DNA from: Candidatus Brocadiia bacterium
GTDB lineage: Bacteria; Planctomycetota; Brocadiia; SM23-32
NCBI GenBank assembly: GCA_046538485.1
Contig: JBKHIT010000008.1
Span: 35,549 to 99,548, forward strand
DNA: 64,000 nucleotides
Direction: 5' to 3'
Made by a program: the position numbers and the translations under genes. Numbering within the stretch: position 1 is the stretch's first letter; the number at the start of each line of letters is the position of its first letter. Below, one piece after another: positions 29,731 to 37,756 of the stretch. A model generated the notes under the pieces. The model was not told the origin of the DNA and searched no databases. It saw only the letters and a program-made list of their open reading frames with translations.

Positions 29731-30441
29731 CTATTTTTCGGGGACGGGCGAGTTACGCATATCGAGTGCGATCACAAATTCTCCGCGCCATTTTTGCCCC
29801 TGTTTCTCCACAATGACATCCTCAACGGCCCCTCGCAGGCGTTCCTCGTGGACTTTTGTCGCCTCCCGGATCACGGCAATGCGTGTGCGCGGCCCCAGGA
29901 CATCCGCGATATCCTCCAGAACGCGATCGATCCTGTGCACAGACGCAAATATAAAAAACGTGGTTTCCTGTCCGACCAACTGTTCGAAGAAACGTCGCCT
30001 TTGCCCCGTTTTCCGCGGCGGATACCCCAAAAATGTGAACTGGTCCACCGGAAACCCCGACGCAAGCACGGCAAAGGTCAGGGACGATGGGCCGGGGACG
30101 ATAATCGGTTCGATGTCCCGTTTCAAAGCCTCCCGGACGATGAGAAAACCGGGATCAGAAATGCCGGGAGTTCCTGCGTCAGTAACCACTGCTATTCGTT
30201 GTCCCGCAACCACTTTATCAAGAATCTCAGGCGTTTTTTTGTGTTCATTATGGGCATGATAGGAAATCAACGACGTATGAATATCGAAGTGACTGCAGAG
30301 TTTCCGCGTCCGGCGGGTATCCTCCGCCGCGATGATATCGGCTTCCTCAAGAAACCGCTGCGCTCTCAAGGTGATATCTTCAAGATTGCCGATTGGCGTT
30401 GCCACAAGGGCAAGCCAGCCATTTTGATTCTTTGAAACCAT
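29731..30441 (-). CDS. rsmI: 16S rRNA (cytidine1402-2'-O)-methyltransferase
   Basis: Track ORF 29731..30477, trimmed to ATG 30441. GWLALVATPIGNLEDITLRAQRFLEEADIIAAEDTRRTRKL and VVTDAGTPGISDPG are characteristic. Confidence 0.85.
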   Translation of the reverse strand: MVSKNQNGWLALVATPIGNLEDITLRAQRFLEEADIIAAEDTRRTRKLCSHFDIHTSLISYHAHNEHKKTPEILDKVVAGQRIAVVTDAGTPGISDPGFLIVREALKRDIEPIIVPGPSSLTFAVLASGFPVDQFTFLGYPPRKTGQRRRFFEQLVGQETTFFIFASVHRIDRVLEDIADVLGPRTRIAVIREATKVHEERLRGAVEDVIVEKQGQKWRGEFVIALDMRNSPVPEK

Positions 30442-30684
30442 GGGCCTCACAGGGTGGGAAGTTCCGTTAACCCACAAACAGACTTGGCCACCAACGACAA
30501 AAAGTCAAGCGTGCTGCATTTAAACCGACTGCTTTTTTTGCAGATGGCGTGCCATTCCAGTTATTCTAAGGGAAATCCTGCATTCTGATCATGGTCCTCC
30601 GGCGGGTTTTTGCTTGCCTGACATGTCGGTGGAAAGCTTGAATCTTTTGCGCTGTGGAACGATGGCTTTATAAGAGACCTTGAA

Positions 30685-31983
30685 ATGTTCAGCTGGCTTT
30701 TAAACGCCTTGTATATGGATTTGCTGCTCGCTGTTTCCCCGTACTGGCTGACGCTTCTGCCACGGGCTCGACGCTACAGGTGCGGGTTGCTGGAACGCGC
30801 CGGCTTCAGTCCGGTTTTAACCAAACAAACCAGGCGACTCTGGATCCATTGCGCGAGCGTTGGCGAGGCCAGTATTCCCAGGCAACTCGTTTCAGATTTC
30901 ACCGATCGCCATCCCGATTGGGATGTTGTATTCTCCACCTGGACAGATACCGGGGCAGACCGTTTACATAAGCTCTATCCCGACGCGACGGTCTTTTACT
31001 GGCCGCTTGATATCTCCCTGTCCGTGGACGCGGCCCTCAACAGGGTCCGTCCGGATGCCATTATGTTGGTCGAACAGGAATTATGGCCGAATTTCCTGCT
31101 CCGGTGCCGGAAACGCGATATTCCGGTAGCCATCATCAACGGCCGAATCAACCCGGGTTCCGTCCGATTACTGCGGGGGCTAAATCGGCTCGTGAAACCA
31201 TTATGGGACCCGGTGGAACTTTGTTGTAGCCGTAGCGACACCGACGCGCAACGTTTTATTAACGCCGGACTGACCGCTGAGAGGGTCATCAATACCGGAT
31301 CGTTGAAATATGATTCCCTTCCCCTGGAAGTCGATCCCGTGACACAACGTGATTTGGCGGAGCTGTTTGGATTGAAAAAAGACCAGCCCGTAATCGTCGG
31401 GGGCAGCACGCATCCCGGGGAAGAAGAAATTTTATGCCACATATGGAAACGACTTCGGCGGAGCCATGCGGACCTGCAACTGCTGCTCGCACCGCGTCAT
31501 ATTGAGCGAGCGAACTCTCTTGCGGCCGATCTGAAATCGCAGGGATTTTCCGTCGTTCGGAAAACCGAACTCGAAAAAAACAGTGTTCGCCCCGGAGACG
31601 ATTCCGTGATCCTTGTCGATACCATCGGCGATCTTGTCACATGCTACTCGTTGGCAACATGCGTTTTCGTGGGCCGGAGCCTGCTGCCACCCGGTGGCGG
31701 GCAGAACATGATGGAGCCCGCGGGGCTCGGGAAACCGGTGCTCGTGGGTCCTCACACGGATAATTTTCAACCGGAGATGAAACTTCTTCGCAAGAACAAT
31801 GCCGTTAAAATTGCAGAAGACGAGGCCGCTTTGCAAAAAGAACTGGGGACAATTCTCAGGGATAACACAGAGGCCCAGAAAATGGGACAGCGCGCGCGCC
31901 AAACCGTCATTGCCAACCGTGGCGCGACCGAGGATTCACTGAACCGCCTGGAAAAGGTTCTCAGTGACAAGGGACTCCTGTGA
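30685..31983 (+). CDS. waaA: 3-deoxy-D-manno-octulosonic acid (Kdo) transferase
   Basis: ORF track, 432 aa. N-terminal anchor, RLWIHCASVGEASI motif, and a GT-B C-terminus (GGSL..GGQNMMEPAGLGKPVLVGPH). Confidence 0.85.
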   Translation: MFSWLLNALYMDLLLAVSPYWLTLLPRARRYRCGLLERAGFSPVLTKQTRRLWIHCASVGEASIPRQLVSDFTDRHPDWDVVFSTWTDTGADRLHKLYPDATVFYWPLDISLSVDAALNRVRPDAIMLVEQELWPNFLLRCRKRDIPVAIINGRINPGSVRLLRGLNRLVKPLWDPVELCCSRSDTDAQRFINAGLTAERVINTGSLKYDSLPLEVDPVTQRDLAELFGLKKDQPVIVGGSTHPGEEEILCHIWKRLRRSHADLQLLLAPRHIERANSLAADLKSQGFSVVRKTELEKNSVRPGDDSVILVDTIGDLVTCYSLATCVFVGRSLLPPGGGQNMMEPAGLGKPVLVGPHTDNFQPEMKLLRKNNAVKIAEDEAALQKELGTILRDNTEAQKMGQRARQTVIANRGATEDSLNRLEKVLSDKGLL

Positions 31984-32032
31984 GCGGGGCGAACCATTTG
32001 TGTTGATCAGCAATGCTGGCACAGTCGGGACT

Positions 32033-32534
32033 TAGCGGTAGGCAGAAAAAGTTTTTACCCCAGAATCCAGATTGCAGAGCCGTTGAGAAGATGGCTTAGC
32101 CTCAAGAACCGGTTTTTCACCCCATTGGCCCCCCGCGAGCGGACTGGACTTCAGCCGCAGGCTGGAGTTCAGAATGCGGGCCGATTGAGTTGGATCTCCG
32201 CGCATCTTGACATCTGTGAGCCACTGCCCGCCTCAAGTCCAGTTTCGCCCTCCGCTGGCGGGCTCAGCTGAACTCGAGTCTGCAGGATACGTGGTCGAGA
32301 AGCGGGGTTGCAGGCTTACAGAATGATTGAGACCAGAGATAAGGTTTATATTACAATAACCTTTAACGACTTTTCCGAAGGAAACTTGAGGGATTTGCGC
32401 ACATCTGGGTTGCATCTGTGTGCAAATCCAAAGAGACTACCTTCACGGGGTTCCTTCCCTCTACAGGAGAGAATTGTTAACTTCTCAAACCTTGCAGGGG
32501 ATCAGAGGAATCCCGTCCTTTACGATATCAAATT
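32033..32534 (+). repeat. Two-module intergenic repeat, copy 2 (paired with 5188-5656); contains R1 hairpin copy B at 32144-32172
   Basis: See copy 1. Module I is about 32033-32265 and includes CTGGACTTCAGCC-GCA-GGCTGGAGTTCAG. Module II is about 32432-32534 and includes an 11-bp stem, 32445-32455 / 32506-32516. Confidence 0.85.
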
Positions 32535-32554
32535 CCTTGAGGCACGCAAAAAAC

Positions 32555-32583
32555 TTGACGTATCCTCTGCGGAAAACTACTAT
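32555..32583 (+). promoter_or_regulatory. Candidate sigma70-type promoter for pilT
   Basis: TTGACG (32555-32560), 17 nt, TACTAT (32578-32583), 50 nt upstream of the ATG at 32633 and directly after repeat module II. Confidence 0.45.
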
Positions 32584-32632
32584 AAGTGAGGTTTTTTGAG
32601 ACATTCTTTTGAGTATTTAAGAGGTATCATAT

Positions 32633-33856
32633 ATGGCAAAAATCGACAAGTTTCTACATTTCCTCGCGGAAAATAAAGGGTCGGACCTCCATGTAAAGAC
32701 AGGGACCCCCCCGCTTCTGCGTATCGATGGTAAATTGGAACGCATGAAGATGTCGCCGTTTAAGGCCGAGCAGGTCAAAGCCCTGGCCATGGAAATTATG
32801 CCGGATAAAAACCGCAAGGAATGGGAAAGTACAAATGACACGGACTTTGCATATGAAATCCCTGATCTGGGTCGTTTCCGAACGAACATCTACAGAGACA
32901 TTCAAGGGCCCGCAATATGCATGCGGATGATTCCCTTTGAGATGTTGACGGTTGATGACCTTGGTCTCCCCGCGCCGATACGGAACCTTGCCCTGTTGCC
33001 CAAAGGAATCGTGCTCTGTACAGGGCCAACAGGCTGCGGCAAAACCACGACACTGGCCGCTCTGTTGGAATATGCAAATAAACGGAGAAAAGACCATATC
33101 ATCACCATTGAGGATCCCGTTGAATTCGTTCACGAGAACGAAGGCTGCATAATCAGTCACCGCGAGGTGGGAGAGCATACGCAAGGGTTCCAACGGGCAC
33201 TGCGGGCGGGACTTCGAGAAGACCCTGACATCATTCTGGTAGGTGAGTTGCGTGATCTGGAAACCACGGCTCTGGCCCTTGAGTCTGCGGAAACCGGTCA
33301 CCTGGTATTCGGAACTGTCCATACCACGACAGCCAGCAGTACTGTCGATCGTATCATTGACCAATTCCCACCCGATCAGCAGGCCCAAATCCGGGTTATG
33401 CTCGCCAATACGCTTAAATGTGTCATCACACAGATGCTCTGCCGCAAAAAAGGTGGTGGCCGAGTGGCTGCTTTTGAAATCCTCTATGTGCACAGCGCCG
33501 TGACCAACCTGATACGCGAAAGCAAAACGTTTCAGCTTCCCTCGATCATCCAGACGGGGAAGAAATACGGCATGTGCACTATGAATGAATCGCTGATGGA
33601 ACTGGTCTACGAAGGCACTATCACAGTCGATGAAGCTTACAGCAACTCAGTGGACAAGCAGGACATGAACGAGCGGGTGAATGAATACCTGTTGTACGCG
33701 GTAACCGAGGGCGATATGACGCCCGTGGAAGCCGTGAGCCAGTCTTATTTCCGGCCGGGGATGATGGATCGTCTCCGCGACGCCGGTTACAGCAAAGTCG
33801 TTGAAAAAATGGACCTTGACCAGTTCGAGGAAAAGACAGCAATGGGCGCAACATAA
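32633..33856 (+). CDS. pilT: PilT-family type IV pilus retraction ATPase with a C-terminal extension
   Basis: ORF track, 407 aa. MAKIDKFLHFLAENKGSDLHVKTGTPPLLRIDG.., Walker A GPTGCGKTTT, IITIEDPVEF, ILVGELRD and GHLVFGTVHT are PilT hallmarks. Confidence 0.8.
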   Translation: MAKIDKFLHFLAENKGSDLHVKTGTPPLLRIDGKLERMKMSPFKAEQVKALAMEIMPDKNRKEWESTNDTDFAYEIPDLGRFRTNIYRDIQGPAICMRMIPFEMLTVDDLGLPAPIRNLALLPKGIVLCTGPTGCGKTTTLAALLEYANKRRKDHIITIEDPVEFVHENEGCIISHREVGEHTQGFQRALRAGLREDPDIILVGELRDLETTALALESAETGHLVFGTVHTTTASSTVDRIIDQFPPDQQAQIRVMLANTLKCVITQMLCRKKGGGRVAAFEILYVHSAVTNLIRESKTFQLPSIIQTGKKYGMCTMNESLMELVYEGTITVDEAYSNSVDKQDMNERVNEYLLYAVTEGDMTPVEAVSQSYFRPGMMDRLRDAGYSKVVEKMDLDQFEEKTAMGAT

Positions 33857-33919
33857 CCTCTCCGCAACGGAGAGAATTCTCTTCAAATTGAACGTTGTCT
33901 CACCCGGAGAAACTCCACC

Positions 33920-34636
33920 GTGGAAGAAATCTTTTCACTCACAAAAGACCAGTCACGTCAGATCGACAAAATAGCTATGGACGAATACGGCATTAAAGGC
34001 GTAATGCTGATGGAAAATGCCGGGCGAGCCTCCGCCGCCGAAGCCGCTGATATGCTCGGCGACACCCGGGATGCCGACGTCACGATATTCTGCGGTAAAG
34101 GCAATAACGGCGGTGACGGATTTGTCGTCGCCCGGCACCTGTCAAACTGGGGATGCTCTGTCAACATTTATCTCTCCGGTAAAATCAACTCGATCCTCCG
34201 CGAAGCCGCCGACACAGCCGTAAACCTTGAAATCGCCCTGAACATGAATTTGCCGATAACCGAAATTGAGAACAAGGGAGATGTCCAAAAAAGCCTTGAC
34301 GACGCTCGCGAAGGCAAATTGATGGTGGACGCACTCCTCGGCACCGGGATAAGCGGTGAGGTAAGAGGGCTCTACAAGCCTCTCATCGAAGGTATCAACT
34401 CGCTGCCGGTCCCCGTTCTTGCGATCGACGTTCCTTCAGGGCTGGATTGCGATACCGGAAAACCACTCGGTGTCGCCGTGCAGGCAGAGAGAACGGCAAC
34501 TTTCGTTACCAAAAAACAGGGCTACAACAGTCCCGAAGCCGGCGAATATATCGGCCAACTGAAAGTGATCGATATCGGCGTCCCGCGCCGTATGCTGGAA
34601 CAAAGGGCACAGGAATGGGGGGCAAAAAAGGAGTGA
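33920..34636 (+). CDS. nnrE: NAD(P)H-hydrate epimerase (YjeF N-terminal domain only)
   Basis: ORF track, 238 aa, GTG start. MENAGRASA..., [18 protein letters not shown] and [13 protein letters not shown] motifs. Confidence 0.8.
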   Translation: MEEIFSLTKDQSRQIDKIAMDEYGIKGVMLMENAGRASAAEAADMLGDTRDADVTIFCGKGNNGGDGFVVARHLSNWGCSVNIYLSGKINSILREAADTAVNLEIALNMNLPITEIENKGDVQKSLDDAREGKLMVDALLGTGISGEVRGLYKPLIEGINSLPVPVLAIDVPSGLDCDTGKPLGVAVQAERTATFVTKKQGYNSPEAGEYIGQLKVIDIGVPRRMLEQRAQEWGAKKE

Positions 34637-35097
34637 TCATCTATCTCTCAGCGCCCGTCTTCACTCAGGTGCAGCGACGGTGGAACAGACTACTCGCCGC
34701 GGAAGTCGAAAAACAAATCGAAGGCGCGAAAGTAATACTTCCCCAAGATTTTAAGTTCAGCGCAGCTTTCAATCGGTCTGAAGATTTCCGGGAACTCTTT
34801 CACACCTGTCTGGACAAAATTGAGGACGCTGATCTCGTGATCGCCGTGCTGGACGGGCCAGACGCTGACAGCGGAACCAGTTTTGAAGTCGGATATGCCT
34901 GTGCCCGCGAAATACCCATTATCGGTATTCGAACGGACTATCGAAAAAGCCAGGACCTGGGTGTCAACTTGATGCTCGCGCAAGCATGCAGCGAATTACT
35001 GAGAGAGATGTCCTTCAGCGAAGATCTGGAGCAGTTGGTTCGAGATCTGACGGGCAAGATCCTCGTGGCACTGCGCAAAATCGATAAGCGCGAATAG
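34615..35097 (+). CDS. Nucleoside 2-deoxyribosyltransferase-like protein
   Basis: Track ORF 34447..35097, trimmed to ATG 34615 ([17 protein letters not shown]...). DGPDADSGTSFEVGYACAREIPIIGIRTDYR fits the NDT fold family. It overlaps the nnrE 3' end by 22 nt, so the start is uncertain. Confidence 0.6.
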   Translation: MGGKKGVIIYLSAPVFTQVQRRWNRLLAAEVEKQIEGAKVILPQDFKFSAAFNRSEDFRELFHTCLDKIEDADLVIAVLDGPDADSGTSFEVGYACAREIPIIGIRTDYRKSQDLGVNLMLAQACSELLREMSFSEDLEQLVRDLTGKILVALRKIDKRE

Positions 35098-35110
35098 ACG
35101 GATTAAACCA

Positions 35111-35797
35111 TCAGTCGTCCCTCAATTCATCGGTAAAAACACACCAGGTTTGCACCGGACATTTCTCGCATTCGGGACTGGAGGGGTGACAAAGCTCCCT
35201 CCCATGTTCGATCATGTTCAGGTGAGCTGAATATTTGCGTTTATCGGGGACAAGCTCATCGAGCCGTTTGTGCGCTTTGATGCGGCTGCAATCCGCCGGG
35301 ATAAGGCGGAGCCTCTGCCCTACTCGAAGCACATGCGTGTCAACTACAAAAGTGGGTTTGCCAAATCCAAATAGCAAAGCAAGACGCGCAGTTTTCACCC
35401 CGATACCCTTAATCTGGGTGAGTTTTTTTTCCGCCTCTTCCGCCGAGAGGGGCTCCAAAAAATTCAACGAATACTCGCCCCGCTCTCCCAACCAGTCAAG
35501 TAGTTCTCCTATGGCAGCCGCTTTTTGATCGGCCAGCCCCCCACATTTGATAGCTTCTGCGATTTGAGGATTTGTTGCCCCGGCCATCTCCTCCCAAGAT
35601 CCATAAGAAACCTTTAACTCATTCCAGGCTCGACCGCTGTTAAGGTCACTGGTGTTTTGGGACAGGATGCCGTGGACGAGCACTTCCAGAGGATCAGAAT
35701 CAGCCCGTGAAGGGATCCCATAACTTTCTGCAAGAGCATCGAGAACTGGACCGATTTTTTCTTTCGGCTCCGAAAGTTGTGGGGTGGGGGATGGCAT
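35111..35797 (-). CDS. Endonuclease III-like HhH-GPD base-excision repair protein with 4Fe-4S cluster loop
   Basis: ORF track, 228 aa. HhH is LTQIKGIGVKTARLALLFGFG. VVDTHVLRV is present. The Cys cluster is CHPSSPECEKCPVQTWC. Confidence 0.8.
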   Translation of the reverse strand: MPSPTPQLSEPKEKIGPVLDALAESYGIPSRADSDPLEVLVHGILSQNTSDLNSGRAWNELKVSYGSWEEMAGATNPQIAEAIKCGGLADQKAAAIGELLDWLGERGEYSLNFLEPLSAEEAEKKLTQIKGIGVKTARLALLFGFGKPTFVVDTHVLRVGQRLRLIPADCSRIKAHKRLDELVPDKRKYSAHLNMIEHGRELCHPSSPECEKCPVQTWCVFTDELRDD

Positions 35798-35814
35798 ATT
35801 TGGTGGGATATAAT

Positions 35815-36720
35815 TCAGGGAATGCGTTGCAGAACTTCGCGATTGTAGCGTTCTTCAAGCTCGGGACGTTGCTGGTAATGTCTAAGCGCTTCCAGGCAGG
35901 TTCTAATTTTATCGATCCGTGCGTTAGGATCGGGGTGGGTTTTGAAAACTTCGAAAGCGATCTCACCGTTGGATTCCGCAGATTTCTGCAAAAACGGAAG
36001 CAACCCTCCGGGATGGTAGCCGGCACGGTAGGCATAACGTGTACCCGCAAGGTCAGCTTTTATCTCATAGCGCTGATCGTACCCCTGATGAGCCAATTTG
36101 TTGTACGATTCATCGACAAATTGTCGATATTGGCTTACATCTTCATCGAGTTCCGCTGCAAAATCCACAAGGCTCCGGATGCGCCGGTCGCGCAAGGTAA
36201 TTTCAAGTCCGTGCTTTTCAGCAATGTGCGCGATTTCATGTCCCAAAATCGCCGCGAGTTCGCTTTCGCTGTGCAACATTCTCAAAAGCTGCGTCGATAC
36301 AAAAACGAACCCTCCCGGCAAAGCCAGAGCCGTTGGATCTTCATTTTCCACGACAGCAAAAGAATAAGGAAGGGTAGGCCTGTCGCTCTGAAGTGCTACC
36401 AAAGTGCCCACCCGGGTGACATACTCATTGAGATCGCGGGCTTTGCACGGTTTCCCGAAACTGGCAAATGCCTTTACCGCAAGGCTCTGCCCCATTGCGA
36501 TTTCTTCCGCCGTATCGATCTCGGTTATCATCGCGTGAGCGGCATCAAGACCTTTCAGGATTTTTGTGCAATCCTCCTCACCCAGGATTTCGGGGGTTTG
36601 TTCCAGAATTACTCGGCTGGTCCTGACACCCTCTTTCATAGCTTCGCAGGTAGTAAACACGAACGGTAGCAGCAAAATGGCAAGACACCGAAGAAGTAAC
36701 TTTTGTAATGAAATCCTCAT
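35815..36720 (-). CDS. M48 family zinc metalloprotease, probable lipoprotein
   Basis: Track ORF 35815..37179, trimmed to ATG 36720 (MRISLQKLLLRCLAILLLPFVFTTCEA is a lipobox-like signal). HEIAHI is the HExxH motif. The start lies 1 nt after the upstream gene's stop. Confidence 0.8.
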   Translation of the reverse strand: MRISLQKLLLRCLAILLLPFVFTTCEAMKEGVRTSRVILEQTPEILGEEDCTKILKGLDAAHAMITEIDTAEEIAMGQSLAVKAFASFGKPCKARDLNEYVTRVGTLVALQSDRPTLPYSFAVVENEDPTALALPGGFVFVSTQLLRMLHSESELAAILGHEIAHIAEKHGLEITLRDRRIRSLVDFAAELDEDVSQYRQFVDESYNKLAHQGYDQRYEIKADLAGTRYAYRAGYHPGGLLPFLQKSAESNGEIAFEVFKTHPDPNARIDKIRTCLEALRHYQQRPELEERYNREVLQRIP

Positions 36721-36721
36721 T

Positions 36722-37231
36722 TCATTTCTCCTGACCATACTCACCGAGCCGGCCTTCCCGGGCGAACTTTTCAATCTCTTCCGGACCGACCTTGCGGGCC
36801 TGCATTTCCTCGACGGCCTGAACCGCCCAGTCGGGGATCTCTGCTGAGTCTGCGTATTTTTCCGCCGCTGGTGAAAGCCCTCTGAGTGCTCCTCCGGCTT
36901 CAAGTTCTGCCAGCTCGACGCCTTCCCCCGAAGCGCCCCCCGATAGAATGGCTTCAATATCTTCGGGCTTTTCATCAGCCAGCTTATTAAAGTAAATCCA
37001 ACCTTCCTCGGCTCCAGCTGAAACTCTGTAATAGTCCCCGGAACGTTCGAGGACTTCCACGGCGGCACCCTGTTCCAAACGCGCCACCACAGAGGCCCCC
37101 AGGGCGGTCCCGCCACGCAATTCCGCGGCCGTGCGAGTGTACATTGTTCTGGCTTGGGCCAGTATAGCAGGCAGCCCAATTAGCCAGGATACTAAGCAAG
37201 CGACAAAAAGAACAGAAATCAGTTTCTTCAT
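36722..37231 (-). CDS. Secreted SH3b-domain protein
   Basis: ORF track, 169 aa. Signal peptide is MKKLISVLFVACLVSWLIGLPAILAQA. TAAELRGGTALGASVVARLEQGAAVEVLERSGDYYRV...GWIY is a bacterial SH3-like pattern. Confidence 0.65.
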   Translation of the reverse strand: MKKLISVLFVACLVSWLIGLPAILAQARTMYTRTAAELRGGTALGASVVARLEQGAAVEVLERSGDYYRVSAGAEEGWIYFNKLADEKPEDIEAILSGGASGEGVELAELEAGGALRGLSPAAEKYADSAEIPDWAVQAVEEMQARKVGPEEIEKFAREGRLGEYGQEK

Positions 37232-37414
37232 TCTAAGATCCCATTTTCCCTGTAACCCAGGGCTTTTTCGCAGCTGAAAAAATCCATAATTAGAAATAAC
37301 TTTACTCCCAGCGGTCTGCTATTATTGCCCAATTACGAAAGAAGTCAAGATCGCCATGTCCCCTCAGACAGCAAATCAGCGGTAGAATATCGGGAAACCA
37401 TTCACCGCTTCTTC

Positions 37415-37443
37415 TTGACACGGGATATAGGGTAAATTATAAA
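37415..37443 (+). promoter_or_regulatory. Near-consensus sigma70-type promoter ~315 nt upstream of pckG
   Basis: TTGACA (37415-37420), 17 nt, TATAAA (37438-37443). Sequence match only. It would give a leader of about 300 nt, or a separate small transcript. Confidence 0.4.
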
Positions 37444-37756
37444 AGCAGAAATCATAAGCGGGCCGAACTCCAAAATGACAACCGTATGCGCATTTCATCA
37501 CGATCAATTCTGTGAGTTCAGTTTTCTCAGGATAGTGCGGCAGCAAACCGGAAATTTGAATCCCGCCGCCTTTAAGCGGTTCGGACCGAGCACCGTGACA
37601 ACGCGCACGTGCATTGTCCAGAAAACCCAGCGCAAACACATAACTGACCGCTCTGCTTGAAAACCCGTAGCGCTCCGGTCCCGACAACCCATCAAAGCAG
37701 GGATCAGCGCCAGGGGTTCTGCAGCTTTTTTTACATTAACGTTGAGAGTTTAGCAT

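Noticed and set aside
29491-30435. 314-aa plus-strand ORF whose first part (MEFNPDFEEAVPHLKAFWHGEFIDRPCMDVTAPE) looks protein-like
   Set aside because: Only about 55 codons lie in the 208-bp gap before the frame runs antisense through rsmI. It is possibly a gene remnant, but I cannot support a call.
32220-32226. GCCACTG (cobalamin riboswitch B12-box-like heptamer) inside repeat module I
   Set aside because: The surrounding sequence lacks the other conserved cobalamin-riboswitch blocks. The other copy reads GGCACTG. The downstream genes are not B12-related.
35707-36669. 320-aa plus-strand ORF
   Set aside because: It is antisense to the endonuclease III-like and M48 genes. Shadow ORF.
37556-37570. 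TTGAATCCCGCCGCC, resembling a tRNA/tmRNA T-arm plus acceptor 3' end
   Set aside because: No complementary T-stem, acceptor stem or CCA context exists, so it does not fold as a tRNA-like structure.
37376-37687. 103-aa minus-strand ORF in the pckG upstream gap
   Set aside because: No family is recognised and no clear RBS is present. It overlaps a strong plus-strand promoter-like sequence. It is kept only as an alternative explanation in the finding.
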